Part shown: piece by piece, positions 49,070 to 59,375 of the stretch | How positions within the stretch are numbered: position 1 is the first letter of the stretch | How the letters are laid out: each line of letters begins with the position of its first letter | Source of the DNA: Isurus oxyrinchus | Taxonomy: Eukaryota | Assembly (NCBI GenBank): GCA_026770705.1 | Contig: JANJGN010000151.1 | Span: 186,001 to 250,000, forward strand | Direction: 5' to 3' | DNA: 64,000 bases | Program-made: the position numbers and the translations under genes | The notes under the pieces: generated by a model | What the model saw: the letters and a program-made list of their open reading frames with translations, nothing else | What the model was told of the DNA's origin: nothing | Databases searched by the model: none

Positions 49070-49560
49070 ACTGGGGAGTGAGATTGCTTCCCAACATAAA
49101 CCTCGGTTGTGCCCTGCTTCTGATGAGCTCTTCACAGTTCACTTCCTTAACTCAGAGAGAGGTGTGACTGTCTGAACGGTCCTTTTGCTGTTGTCTGTCT
49201 CACCAATTGCCTGCAGACATGAGTAAGACTGCCCCTGTAAATACAGCCCGATCGGGATCAGCCGGTACCAGAATAAAACGCATTCACTCCGTGAAATATC
49301 ATCAGTGAAACTTAAACCAGCTACTTCTCCTTCAGTCTTAACATTTGAGGACAGTATCTGAGTAACGATCTCCATAATTCAGACCTGAAACACATGATCA
49401 AACAGAAAATGCTCATACAGGAGAGTGTTTAAAACTCAGATTGAAACCATGTTTTGAAAATGAGATGAAATGTGTTTATTTCACTGTTCCCTGTCAGGAA
49501 TACCCCGGTCACTCCCCATACACCCCAATTGCTGCTTGTCGACATTGTCGCTGTCCGCTC
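49070..49560 (-). pseudogene. Decayed family-E V
   Basis: IVTQILSSNVKTEGEVAGLSF..LFWYRL, then non-V sequence. Confidence 0.68.
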
Positions 49561-50267
49561 TGTGAAAGGGAAATTGAGATTAGCAGAAACCATCAATAAT
49601 CGGTTGTTATTCTCGGGACCCTCTCACCTCATTCCCTTGTGTATCCGTTGGTTCTTTAAGACCTGTAGGTGGTGGGGTGGGCGGGGGGTTTGGTAGCGGA
49701 GGGGAGCGGCTGTCAGTGAATGTAAATAGCCCGAGCGGGGCTATTGTCTGTGTCCTTATAACGGAAATATTATATTATTAGGGACAGGGGTGGGGATGGA
49801 TCCCCTTGTCTGGTTATTGAAAAACAGAAACACCGGGTTGTGAATGGTGTAAGAAAATATCAAGCAGACACTCGAAAGGACAATGCACATTGAGGGAACT
49901 CTGTGCTTGGGGCTTGTTTAAAAGAGCGCAATCATTCCCTTGTGAAATGTGTTCATTTTCTACCTACCTTCCATGAACCAGAAAAATAGTCTGGTCAAAT
50001 AGATAACATGTGCCGGCGTTGACCAAAGAGACTTTGAAAGAGACAGTGGAGATCGAGAAAGGGGCAATAATTCTCGACAGGCAAGGAAAGATCATCAAAA
50101 GGCAAAATGTGAATTAACGCACCACAAATTAATTTGGGAAATTCATGTTTAGTATAGATGCGTGCTAAAATCCCAACTCATAGAATTCCTCAGTTGCTGC
50201 TCAGCTGTTCTTGTTCAGTTATGATTGGTTTTGATATTTCATTAATGACCATGTGACACCTACAGGC

Positions 50268-50487
50268 CTAAATAGCCAAGTGGTTATGGTACTGGGTTTG
50301 TAACACCAAGATTGAGAGTTCAAATCTCACAATGGCAAAACTGTGAAACAATGTAACTTCATCTGAAACAGATGGAAACGGGTTTGTGCTCGAAAGAGTA
50401 TCAAGAGTTCAAATCTCACAATGGCAAGCTATGAAACAATGTAACTTCATCTGAAACAGTTGGAAACGTGTTTGTACTCGAAAGAGT
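50268..50487 (+). mobile_element. tRNA-derived insertion with internal 89-bp tandem duplication and 7-bp TSD
   Basis: A box TAGCCAAGTGG, TGT anticodon-like loop, B box GAGTTCAAATC; TACAGGC at 50261-50267 and 50488-50494; absent from paralog at ~40815. Confidence 0.8.
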
Positions 50488-50520
50488 TACAGGCTGAATT
50501 GTTTCCGTTTTTTCGGTGTG

Positions 50521-50555
50521 ACAGCCCCCTCTGCTGAGCACTGACTGGAATTCCC
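50521..50555 (-). promoter_or_regulatory. RSS-proximal CTCF motif
   Basis: Minus strand gggaattcc-agtcag-tgcTCAGCAGAGGGGGCTgt. Confidence 0.68.
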
Positions 50556-50560
50556 AGCAG

Positions 50561-51031
50561 GGTATTTGTACGGGATACGCTATATCTCTGCAGCAGTGTG
50601 GGCTCCATGGCACAGAAATACACGGCGCTGTCGGAGAGAAAAGCCCCAGCGGTATTTAAAGGAACCGTTTTGTTCCCATTGTGCAAAACAGTGGAGAATC
50701 TATCTGGGAAATCTGGAAATTTTCTGCATTCCCCGAGCTATATATCTTCATTAAATATCTCGGAGCTTCCCCGGGGTACTGGATGTACCAGAACAGAGTT
50801 ACACCAGCTGCCGAATAAATACATTCCAGTTTTATGCCTTGTCCTTCAAGAGCCGCTAATTTAGGGGGATCCTGGGACACTGAATCTTGACCATTTGTTC
50901 CTGGAACAAAACACAGAACGTATCAAATATCTGGAATTGAATATAACAAATGGAACAGACATGGACCATTTAAACATTGACTCACCATGCAGTAAGATCA
51001 TTATTATCATTAAAGGGCACTGGGAGCATAT
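50561..51031 (-). pseudogene. TCR V pseudogene, family B (leader 50986-51031, V 50601-50900)
   Basis: Start ATG->ATA; QDSVSQDPP..LEC..FWYIQYPG, frameshift ~50720, DSAVYFCAMEP; CACACTG-24-ACAAATACC. Confidence 0.9.
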
Positions 51032-51269
51032 GGTGTCAGGATTAGAATTCGGATGAAGTAAGATAAGATTAGAAATATGTTGACACTCTGTTCTGAGATA
51101 AAGAGGAAATTCGGATCGGGGCAAGCTTCACTTATTGAGAAACTGAAAGGCGTTTCCCAGCAACATGATTGGCTGCTCTCTCAAGACTGATGATAATTGG
51201 GCACCAATTGCTTCTGGGCCGATTATTTTCCCTGACTTTCTCTTTCTCCCTGTCTTTCTCGGTAGCTCA

Positions 51270-52760
51270 GGTACTTTCTTCATCGGCGGGTCTATCTGTC
51301 TCATTCCGTCGTTGATGTAATGAGGCCAGGAGCTCAGTGGCCCTGGCGGAACCCAAACTGGGTGTCAGTGAGCAACTCATAGCTAAACAAGTGCTGCTTG
51401 GTCGCACTGTTGATGACCCGTTCCATATCTTTACTGATGATCGAGAATAGTCTGTTCGGGCGGTTGGGTTTGTCCTGCTTTTTGTGTGCAGGGTATACCT
51501 GGGACATTTTTCACGTTGCTGGGTATATGCCTGTGTTGTGGCTGTACTGGAAAATATTCGGTCTGAGTGCGGCAAGTTCTGGAGCACACATGTTCAGTAC
51601 TTTTGCCGGAATATTGTCAGTGCCAATAGCCTTTGTCATATCCAGTGCCTTCAACCGTTTCTTGATATCACCAGGAGAGAATCGAATTGGCTGAAGACAG
51701 GCATCTGTGATTGTGGGAACCTCTGGAGGAAGTCGAAGATTGCAATAAATGTTTCAGTCTTATCTTTTGCACTGACCTGCTAGACTCTTTCTTCATAGGG
51801 GATGGGGATATTGGAGACGCCGCTTCCTCTAGCAAGTTGTTTAATTGTCCACCACCATTCATGGCTGGATGTGGCAGCACGACAGAGCTTAGGTCTGATC
51901 CGTTGGTTGTGGAATTGTTTAGCTCTGTCCATCACTTACTGCTTATGCTGTTTGGCACGCAAGCAGTCATATGTTATAGCTTCACCAGGCTGACACCTCA
52001 TTTTTAGGTATGCCTGGTGCTGCTCCTGGCATGCCTTACTGCGCTCTTCATTGAACCATGGTTGATCCACTGGCTTGATGGTAATGGTAGAGTGGGGTGT
52101 ATGCCAGTCCATGAGGTTACAGGTTGTGGTTGAACACAGTGCTGCTGCTTCTGATGGCCCACCGTGCCTAGTTGTTGTCTAAAATTGAACTGCAAGATCT
52201 TTGCGAAACCTATGCCATTTTGCACGATTGTGGTGTCACACAACACGATGGAGGGTACCCTCAATCTGGAGATGGCAAACAGATTGGAGGGGATGAGGTC
52301 AAATATCTTTTTCCCTCTTGTTTGTTCACTCACCACATGCCCCAGACCCAGTCCAGCAGCCATGGCCTTTATGACTCAACCAACTCTTAGGTGATGGACA
52401 TTGGAGTCCCCCATTCAGATAACATTCTGTGCCCTTACCACCCTCACTGTTTCCTCCAAGTGGTGTTCAAAATGAAAGACTACAGATTCATCAGGTGTTG
52501 GGGAGGGGGGTACTTGGTAATCACCAGGAGGTTTCCTTGCTCCTATTTGACCTGATGCCATGAGATCTGGAGTCCATGTTGAGGGCTCCTTGGGCAACTC
52601 CTTCCCGGCTGCTGCCGGGACATAACCAGCGATGGTGGTGCCTGGGACATTGTCTGTAAGATAGTATGATTATGCTTGACTGATCAATGAGACAGCTCTC
52701 ATGTTAGTACGAAGGGCAGTGCAGTGCTGGCAGGCCTAAATTTGCCGTGTGCTCCATCCA
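51270..52760 (-). mobile_element. Degenerate LINE ORF2 (endonuclease/linker region)
   Basis: GLGHVVSEQTRGKKIFDLI, gggactccaatgtccatcac (GDFN-H-like), PWF-like motif. Confidence 0.65.
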
Positions 52761-53914
52761 GTTTCATTCCTTTGATGCAACAGAGTAGAGTGGCTTACTG
52801 GGCCATTTGAGAGTTAACCCACATAGCTGTGGGTCTTAAGTCACATGTAGGCCAGACCAGGTGACGGCAACAGATTTCCTTCCCTAAAGGACATTAGTGA
52901 ACCAGATTTTTTTACAGCATTCAGCCATGGTTATCATTAGACTTATTGAACTCAAATTTCAACATCTGCTCTTGTGGGATTCAAACTCGGCTCATACCCG
53001 GGGTCTCTGAAATATTAGTCCACCACGCCACCGCTTTCTACATTGCTATATTAGATCATGCCCAAGGATATTGGAAGACGTTGGTGTGGAATAATGCACG
53101 CAACAGGCTAAGAAGGAGTAAAATGGCAACAGAAATAGTGTGAAACTTCTTGGAGAGCAGCAAGTGTTTCATTCTTTCCCAAGCAAGGGAAATAATAAAG
53201 AGGGATTTTAAGACCGGGTAAGTTCAGGTCAAGTATAGATCATTTTCATTTTTGCAATCACTTGCACAAATTATCACCCTCTCGATGTTTATATCAAGAG
53301 CTTCTGTTTAATGCTGAGCCAAACACTTAACAATAAAACGCAGCGACTGGTGGGTAGCTGCTCGTTCTCTTTGGAATAATTTGGTCCTATTTCCCACAGA
53401 ATACTAGGAACAGAGGGGTTCTCTGGTGAGGGAACGCTCAATGTCTTCTCAGTCAATTTTAACGATACTAAATGAACAACAATTACATTTTGAATAAAAT
53501 AAAATCTGGAACATAATACGTGAATATAATTATTTGTTTTTGTGCACTTCATTTTTAAACAAATGATGCGTGTACACACATTTACACACACACGCACACA
53601 CACACACTTCAACTTAACATCCCAACCTGGCTACCTCGGAGGTTCTGCAACACCTGATGTATCGGGGAAATCACTGCCATCATATTTCAGGTTGTACCAT
53701 GATCCAATAATTACTTCCCACGTCGCATATGTTGAGTTGGACAAGATCATCAAGAATTAATAAATATGAATTTAGACACTTTGCTCTTTTGCTCATCTTA
53801 AAGTGCATAGATCAGTCACGTTAATCTGCAATAGTTGCACCTTAAATATCGGGACTTTCCACATCATAGACATGGGTTCTGGATACACGAAGCCAGTATG
53901 GAGCGGTAAAGGGT

Positions 53915-55155
53915 AAATCATGTTTAACTAACTTGCTTGAGTTTTTCGATGACACAGCAGCGATGGCTGATGAGGATAATGCTGCTGACGTGGTTTACAT
54001 GGACTTCCAAAAGACATTTGATGAAGCGCCCCACAACGGACTTGTGAAAAAAGTTGGGTATCACTTGAATAAAATGGACGGTAACATCATGGATAGGGGA
54101 CTGGCTGGGTGCCAGTAAACAAAGAATAGTTTTGAATGGTTGTTTATCGGTCTAGGGGAAGAATTATAATGAAGTTCCCCAGGGATCAGTTCTGGTACGC
54201 CTGTTTTTCATAATATTTATTAATGAACTAGATTTAGTGTACAGGGTACAGTTTCAAAATATGTGGACGATGCGAAATGTGGAAACATTGCCAAATGTGG
54301 AAACATTGTGAGCCATGAGGAGGATAGTGTAGAAATTGAAAACGACATAGACAGGTTGGTGGAATGGGCGGGCAAGTGACAGCTGAAATTTCACACAGAG
54401 AAGGTGAGAAGTTATTCATTTTAGTCGGAAGAACACCGAGAGACAATATAAATTCAAGAGTATGATTCCAAAGGGGCTGCAGGAGCAGATGTTGATCTGT
54501 ATAAGTTATTAAAAGGTGGCAGGACAAGTTGAGAGCCTGCTTAATATAGCATGCAGCATCCTGGACTTTATCAGTAAGATAAAAGAGTATTAAAGCAAGC
54601 AGGTTAAACTTGTGTGACACGCTGCTTAGGCCTCAATTGGAGAATTGCATCCAATTCCAGGCACCACACTTTTGGAAGAATTTGAAGGCATAAGAGAGGG
54701 CACAGGAAAGATTCATGGAAAATGTTCCAGTAGAGGAACTCCAGTTATGTATAAAGAGTGAAGAAGTTGGCTTTAAGCTCCTCGGAGAAGCTAAAGTTTA
54801 GAGGAGATTTGACTGAGGTATTAAATATCATGAAGCACCTGGATAGGGGAGATAGGGAGAAATAGTTCTCATTCGTTGAAAGTTCGAGAGCCAGAGGGCA
54901 CAAGTTTAAAGTAATCTGAAGAAGGAACAATGGAGACTAGAGGAAAAACTTTTTTTCACGCAGTGAGCTGTAAGGAATGCACTGCCTAAGTGTCCGGTGG
55001 ATTGAGGAACAATTGATGGTTTCGAAAAGAAATCGGATCATTACCTGAAAATGAAATAAAATGCTGGGCTACAGAGAAAGAGTGACAATAGGTTAACTGA
55101 TTCTTCAGGGATTCAGCACGGACACAACTGGCCGAATGACACCCTTCTGCGCTGT
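53915..55155 (+). mobile_element. CR1 LINE ORF2 fragment to 3' tail
   Basis: NLLEFF..DVVYMDFQKTFD..PH..L; PQGSVL; (ttctatga)n tail. Confidence 0.88.
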
Positions 55156-55220
55156 AAGAATTCTATGATTCTATCATTGATATCAGATGCAGTCACTGAA
55201 ACCGATATTTTCATAGTATC

Positions 55221-55254
55221 TGCAATAGCGGGGTCTATCCAGTAGATGGCAGTA
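55221..55254 (+). promoter_or_regulatory. CTCF motif with upstream module, beyond the last V
   Basis: TGCAATAGC-ggggtc-tatCCAGTAGATGGCAGTA. Confidence 0.68.
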
Positions 55255-55289
55255 GAACAGCGATTACTGGCATTTTATGAAACAGACAC

Positions 55290-57200
55290 ACTGTCTCAAT
55301 CATTACTACACCGGACCATGTCCCTGTTCATAATAAACTTGACCCTGTGTCTATATGTATTACACTAATTCAAATCTCTGATCATATTACAATCGGTCGT
55401 GTCTCAGTTATTTCTGTAATAGGCCCAATCTCAGTTGTTAATACAACGGACCAAGGCCATATTACTATAATAATAAAAACAAAAAAACTGCAGATGCTGG
55501 AAATCCAAAACAAAAACAGAATTGCCTGGAAAAACTCAGCAGGTCTGGCAGCATCGGTGGAGAAGAAAAGAGTTGAACTAGTTCTGTCGAAGGGTCATGA
55601 GGACTCGAAACGTCAACTCTTTTCTTCTCCGCCGATGCTGCCAGACCTGCTGAGTTTTTCCAAGTAATTCTGTTTTTGTCAAGGCCATATTACACTCGAC
55701 ATTCCCTTCGTTATGATTGCATTGAGCCATATTTTGGCTGATATGACAATCGCCCATGTCTCAGCTGTTACTCCACTAGTACTTGTCTCTGCTTATACTA
55801 AACCAGAACATGTTCCAGTTTGCATGACACAATATCTGTCTCAGATATTGCAATAATAGACCCTGCCACGTTTATACTAAACTAGTGGATGTCTCGGTCA
55901 ATGCTATGTCTATGTCCCTGTTTATATTACATGATGCCCTGTCACTGTTACTATTGTTAATACAATGTCTCTCTTATTGCTGCACTTGCCAACATCTCTT
56001 TATATTAATCCAGGCACTTAGTTGGCAATTACTACACTAGGTTCTGTCTCAGTTTACATTAGTCAAGGTCCTGTAACAGGTAAAATTACAGTATACTCCG
56101 TGTCAGTTTCCTTTCACTAGATCCTGTCTTGGTTAGTACTAAACTAGACCATGTTGCTGTTCATATTACACAAGGCCTTGCCTCATTTATTACTGCACTC
56201 GGCACTGCCTCACTTTTTATTCCAGTAGATCATGTCCCTGTTTATATTACATTAGATGACGTCTTTGCTTATATTCTGTTAGACCACACCTGAGTATGTA
56301 TTCCCCTGCCTGTCTCCGTTTACATTACGCTGGACCTTATTTCTGTTTATATTAAACTGGACCTTGTCTCAGTTTATATTACAATGGACCCCGTCTCAGT
56401 TTATAGTACACTGGACTCTGTCTCAATTTATATTGCTCTAGACCCCGTCTCAGTTTATATTACACTAGAACCTGCCTCAGTTTATATTACACTAGACGTT
56501 GTCTCAGTTTAAATTAGAATAGATCCTGTATTTGTTATGGCTGTACAGACTATGTCCCTGTTTATATTACACAAGGCCAAGTCTGTTATTAATGCACTAA
56601 ATCCTGGCACATCAATCACTGAGACTAGGCTCGGTCGCGGTTTATATTGCTGTAGGTGCTGTATCAATAATTGGAACAATCAGCCCTGTCTCAGTACTAC
56701 TGCACCAGACCCTGAGTTTGTTTATATTGAAATAGATTATGTCTATGATAATATTACACCAGTCCCTGCCGCAGTTATTTCAGTGCTCGGCCTCGTCTCA
56801 GCTGTTCCGATTTCGGCCGTGGCTCTGGTTGCATCACCTATGGCAAAGTCTCTGGACCCAATGTTTTTACATACAAAGGTCAAGCCTGCCTTTGTTGTTG
56901 CTGCACGAGTTCATACATCTTATATTACACACACCTTGTCTCTGTTTTTATTCCAATGGATCATGTTTTTATTTATCTTACACGAGAGGCAATCTCAGTT
57001 ATTACTGCACCAGGTCCTCTCTAGGAGTTTATTAATCTATGCGCCAGATCGATAATTACTGTCCTAGCCCCGGGAGTGGATTAATATCAATTGATATTAA
57101 GCCAGGTACTTATTCAGTAATTACTGCGCTAAACCTGCGTCAGTTATTTCTAGACTAGACCATGTCACTGTTATTCCTGCAGTGCTCTATGTCTCTGTGA
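55290..57200 (+). repeat. Degenerate 27-bp minisatellite array
   Basis: Unit ~ctagaccctgtctcagtttatattaca, clearest at 56340-56520. Confidence 0.88.
55466..55679. mobile_element. 214-bp palindromic Penelope-derived mini-element with 14-bp TSD
   Basis: Arms 55510-55575 / 55614-55679; hammerhead-like loop; CAAGGCCATATTAC at 55452-55465 and 55680-55693. Confidence 0.88.
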
Positions 57201-57632
57201 TTTGGAGGGGTAATATTATAAACAAAGGTGTTGACGTGGGAATTTTTCTCTGGAGTTGGCCTAAAACGGGCGGTATTTGATGGCCCATTCTTTGCAGCAC
57301 CTGACAGTTTTTTTCATTTAGTTTCAGTTAGCGAAATTGTATATCAGGTGTCGCCTGTTATGTGTGTTGTATGCACAAAGAACATGCTTCTTGCTTATAC
57401 CGTCATTTCTCAAAGATTAACGATGATCTCCACCAGAATGTTTCAATGTTTAATTTTCTTTCACTCAGAATGTAACTACGGATGATTTAGTATCGCAAAT
57501 GTTTATTGATAACATGTTTCTTTGTGCACTTTTGTTTAGGAAGTGATGTCATACTGACCATGTCATTACTAAGACGATCACGTCCATCACCAAATTCATT
57601 GAATATCTCTTCTCTCTCTGTCTGAGGCAGCG

Positions 57633-57766
57633 NNNNNNNNNNNNNNNNNNNNNNNNNNNNNNNNNNNNNNNNNNNNNNNNNNNNNNNNNNNNNNNNNNNN
57701 NNNNNNNNNNNNNNNNNNNNNNNNNNNNNNNNNNNNNNNNNNNNNNNNNNNNNNNNNNNNNNNNNN
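57633..57766. other. Assembly gap
   Basis: N run. Confidence 1.
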
Positions 57767-58359
57767 TTTCGAATCTGCTGTTATCTAATAGCACTTTTAG
57801 GAGAAAATCCATTTTTTTCAATAATTTCCCTTCATTTCTCTCAGTGACAATCTTCAGTCCATTCCATCCTTCAGTGATTGTGTTCAAATGCAAAACTACA
57901 CATTTATTTAAGTCGCAGATTGTTTAATACTGTAACAATTTATTGATAACTATTCTGTTGTGTGCATTTGTTTATAAAATGATATCAGACTGACTACTTA
58001 GTTTCTGAGGTAGGTTTATTTGTCTCCGATGGTCAGTTGGAAAGTGAATTAAATCCCATCAAGAATAACAAGCAGCTTATGAACAAATGGCAACTCAGCA
58101 TCTCACAGAATCTCCTGATATATATCGAATGTGAGGTTACTTCTTCAAATGATGGCAAAAATAAAACATTATCTATATCTGACATGAGATAAATACACCT
58201 GTAATTCTCCGGCTTATTATTCCTGTTGATGAGAAGAATTGAAACTCCTGCTGCTCTCCAGCGAAATTCCATTATTTCTGTTTCCACTGTTTTTATCATT
58301 ATCTTCACAAATTCCACCGCAACCGCTCGAATCATTTTTGCCTGATTGGTCTGAAAATA

Positions 58360-59375
58360 AACCAGGATCAAGTGCAGCATAAGCAGAGAGCGGACCTGGT
58401 GTAACATAAGCAAAGATATGGACCAGTGCAGAATAACAAAGATGAGATCTCGTGCAATATAAAAAGAGATATTGGCTGTTTAGGTAATGACAGATGATGT
58501 AATGTAACCAATGATATGGGCTAGTGCAGTAATAATCGAGACAGGCTTGGTGCAATATAAATGGAAATATAGTCTGGAGCATAATAACGGTAACAGGACC
58601 TGGTGTAATAGAAACAGAGATATGGAGTAGTTTAGTAATTTGCAGAGACAGAACCTGGTCAAATATTATCAGAGAAATCGGCTGGTGCAGTAATAACAGG
58701 TACTGGTCTAATACAGACAGAGACGTGCGCTAGAGCAGTGATAACACAAACTTTCTCTGGGAGTAACATAAACAGAGAAATGGACTAGTTCAGGAATAAG
58801 ACAGAGAGGGGACCTGGTACAACATTCAAGTGTACAAGTTTTTGTGTAAGCATAGTTGCAAAATTGTTTTGCATTAAACAACAAATGAAAGAGGTCATCT
58901 TGCATCCCTAACAGAAGCAAGATCAACATTAAAAATATCAGAAACAGGCTCCTATTGAAAAGTATAGGTACAAGGTTTTCAGAAATAATGAGAGAGGTTT
59001 GCATATGAATTTCAGTGGCAGGACGGTTCTTAGTACAACTATTACAGAGACAGCGTTTTATACAATGAGATAGGATACAGGGAACAGATTAAAATCAGGG
59101 AAGTTGTGTGTAACAAATGCAATTTTTGTTGATAACAGGGGATGGCAGGTTGCACTGCGTCAATGAATATTCACTGGATCCAGTGTGATAACGGCAGAGT
59201 CAGCATCTGATCCACCCAAATCGAAGTTGGGGCTTGATATAATAGTGCGTGAGACAGCGTCAATTGATACAATAGCAAATCTTCTGCCTAATGTATAATA
59301 ACAGAGTCAAGCACCACTGCAATATGAATGGGATGGAGTTGGTGTAATAACACTGACACAGTCTAGTGTAATAGC
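58360..59375 (-). repeat. Same 27-bp minisatellite in opposite orientation
   Basis: Recurring tg(c/t)a(g/a)taataacagagac..ctag units. Confidence 0.8.

Noticed and set aside
50265-50340. Functional tRNA-Thr(TGT) gene
   Set aside because: No matching 3' acceptor stem; embedded in a TSD-flanked insertion
1-51300. NAR-TCR or IgH-like (TAILV) V cassettes
   Set aside because: No V here shows clear IgNAR/IgH framework motifs or an adjacent J; the well-preserved Vs have their own leaders
55290-57200. CRISPR-like array or coding ORF 56537-57055
   Set aside because: Contiguous degenerate tandem units without unique spacers in a vertebrate; the ORF is repeat-derived
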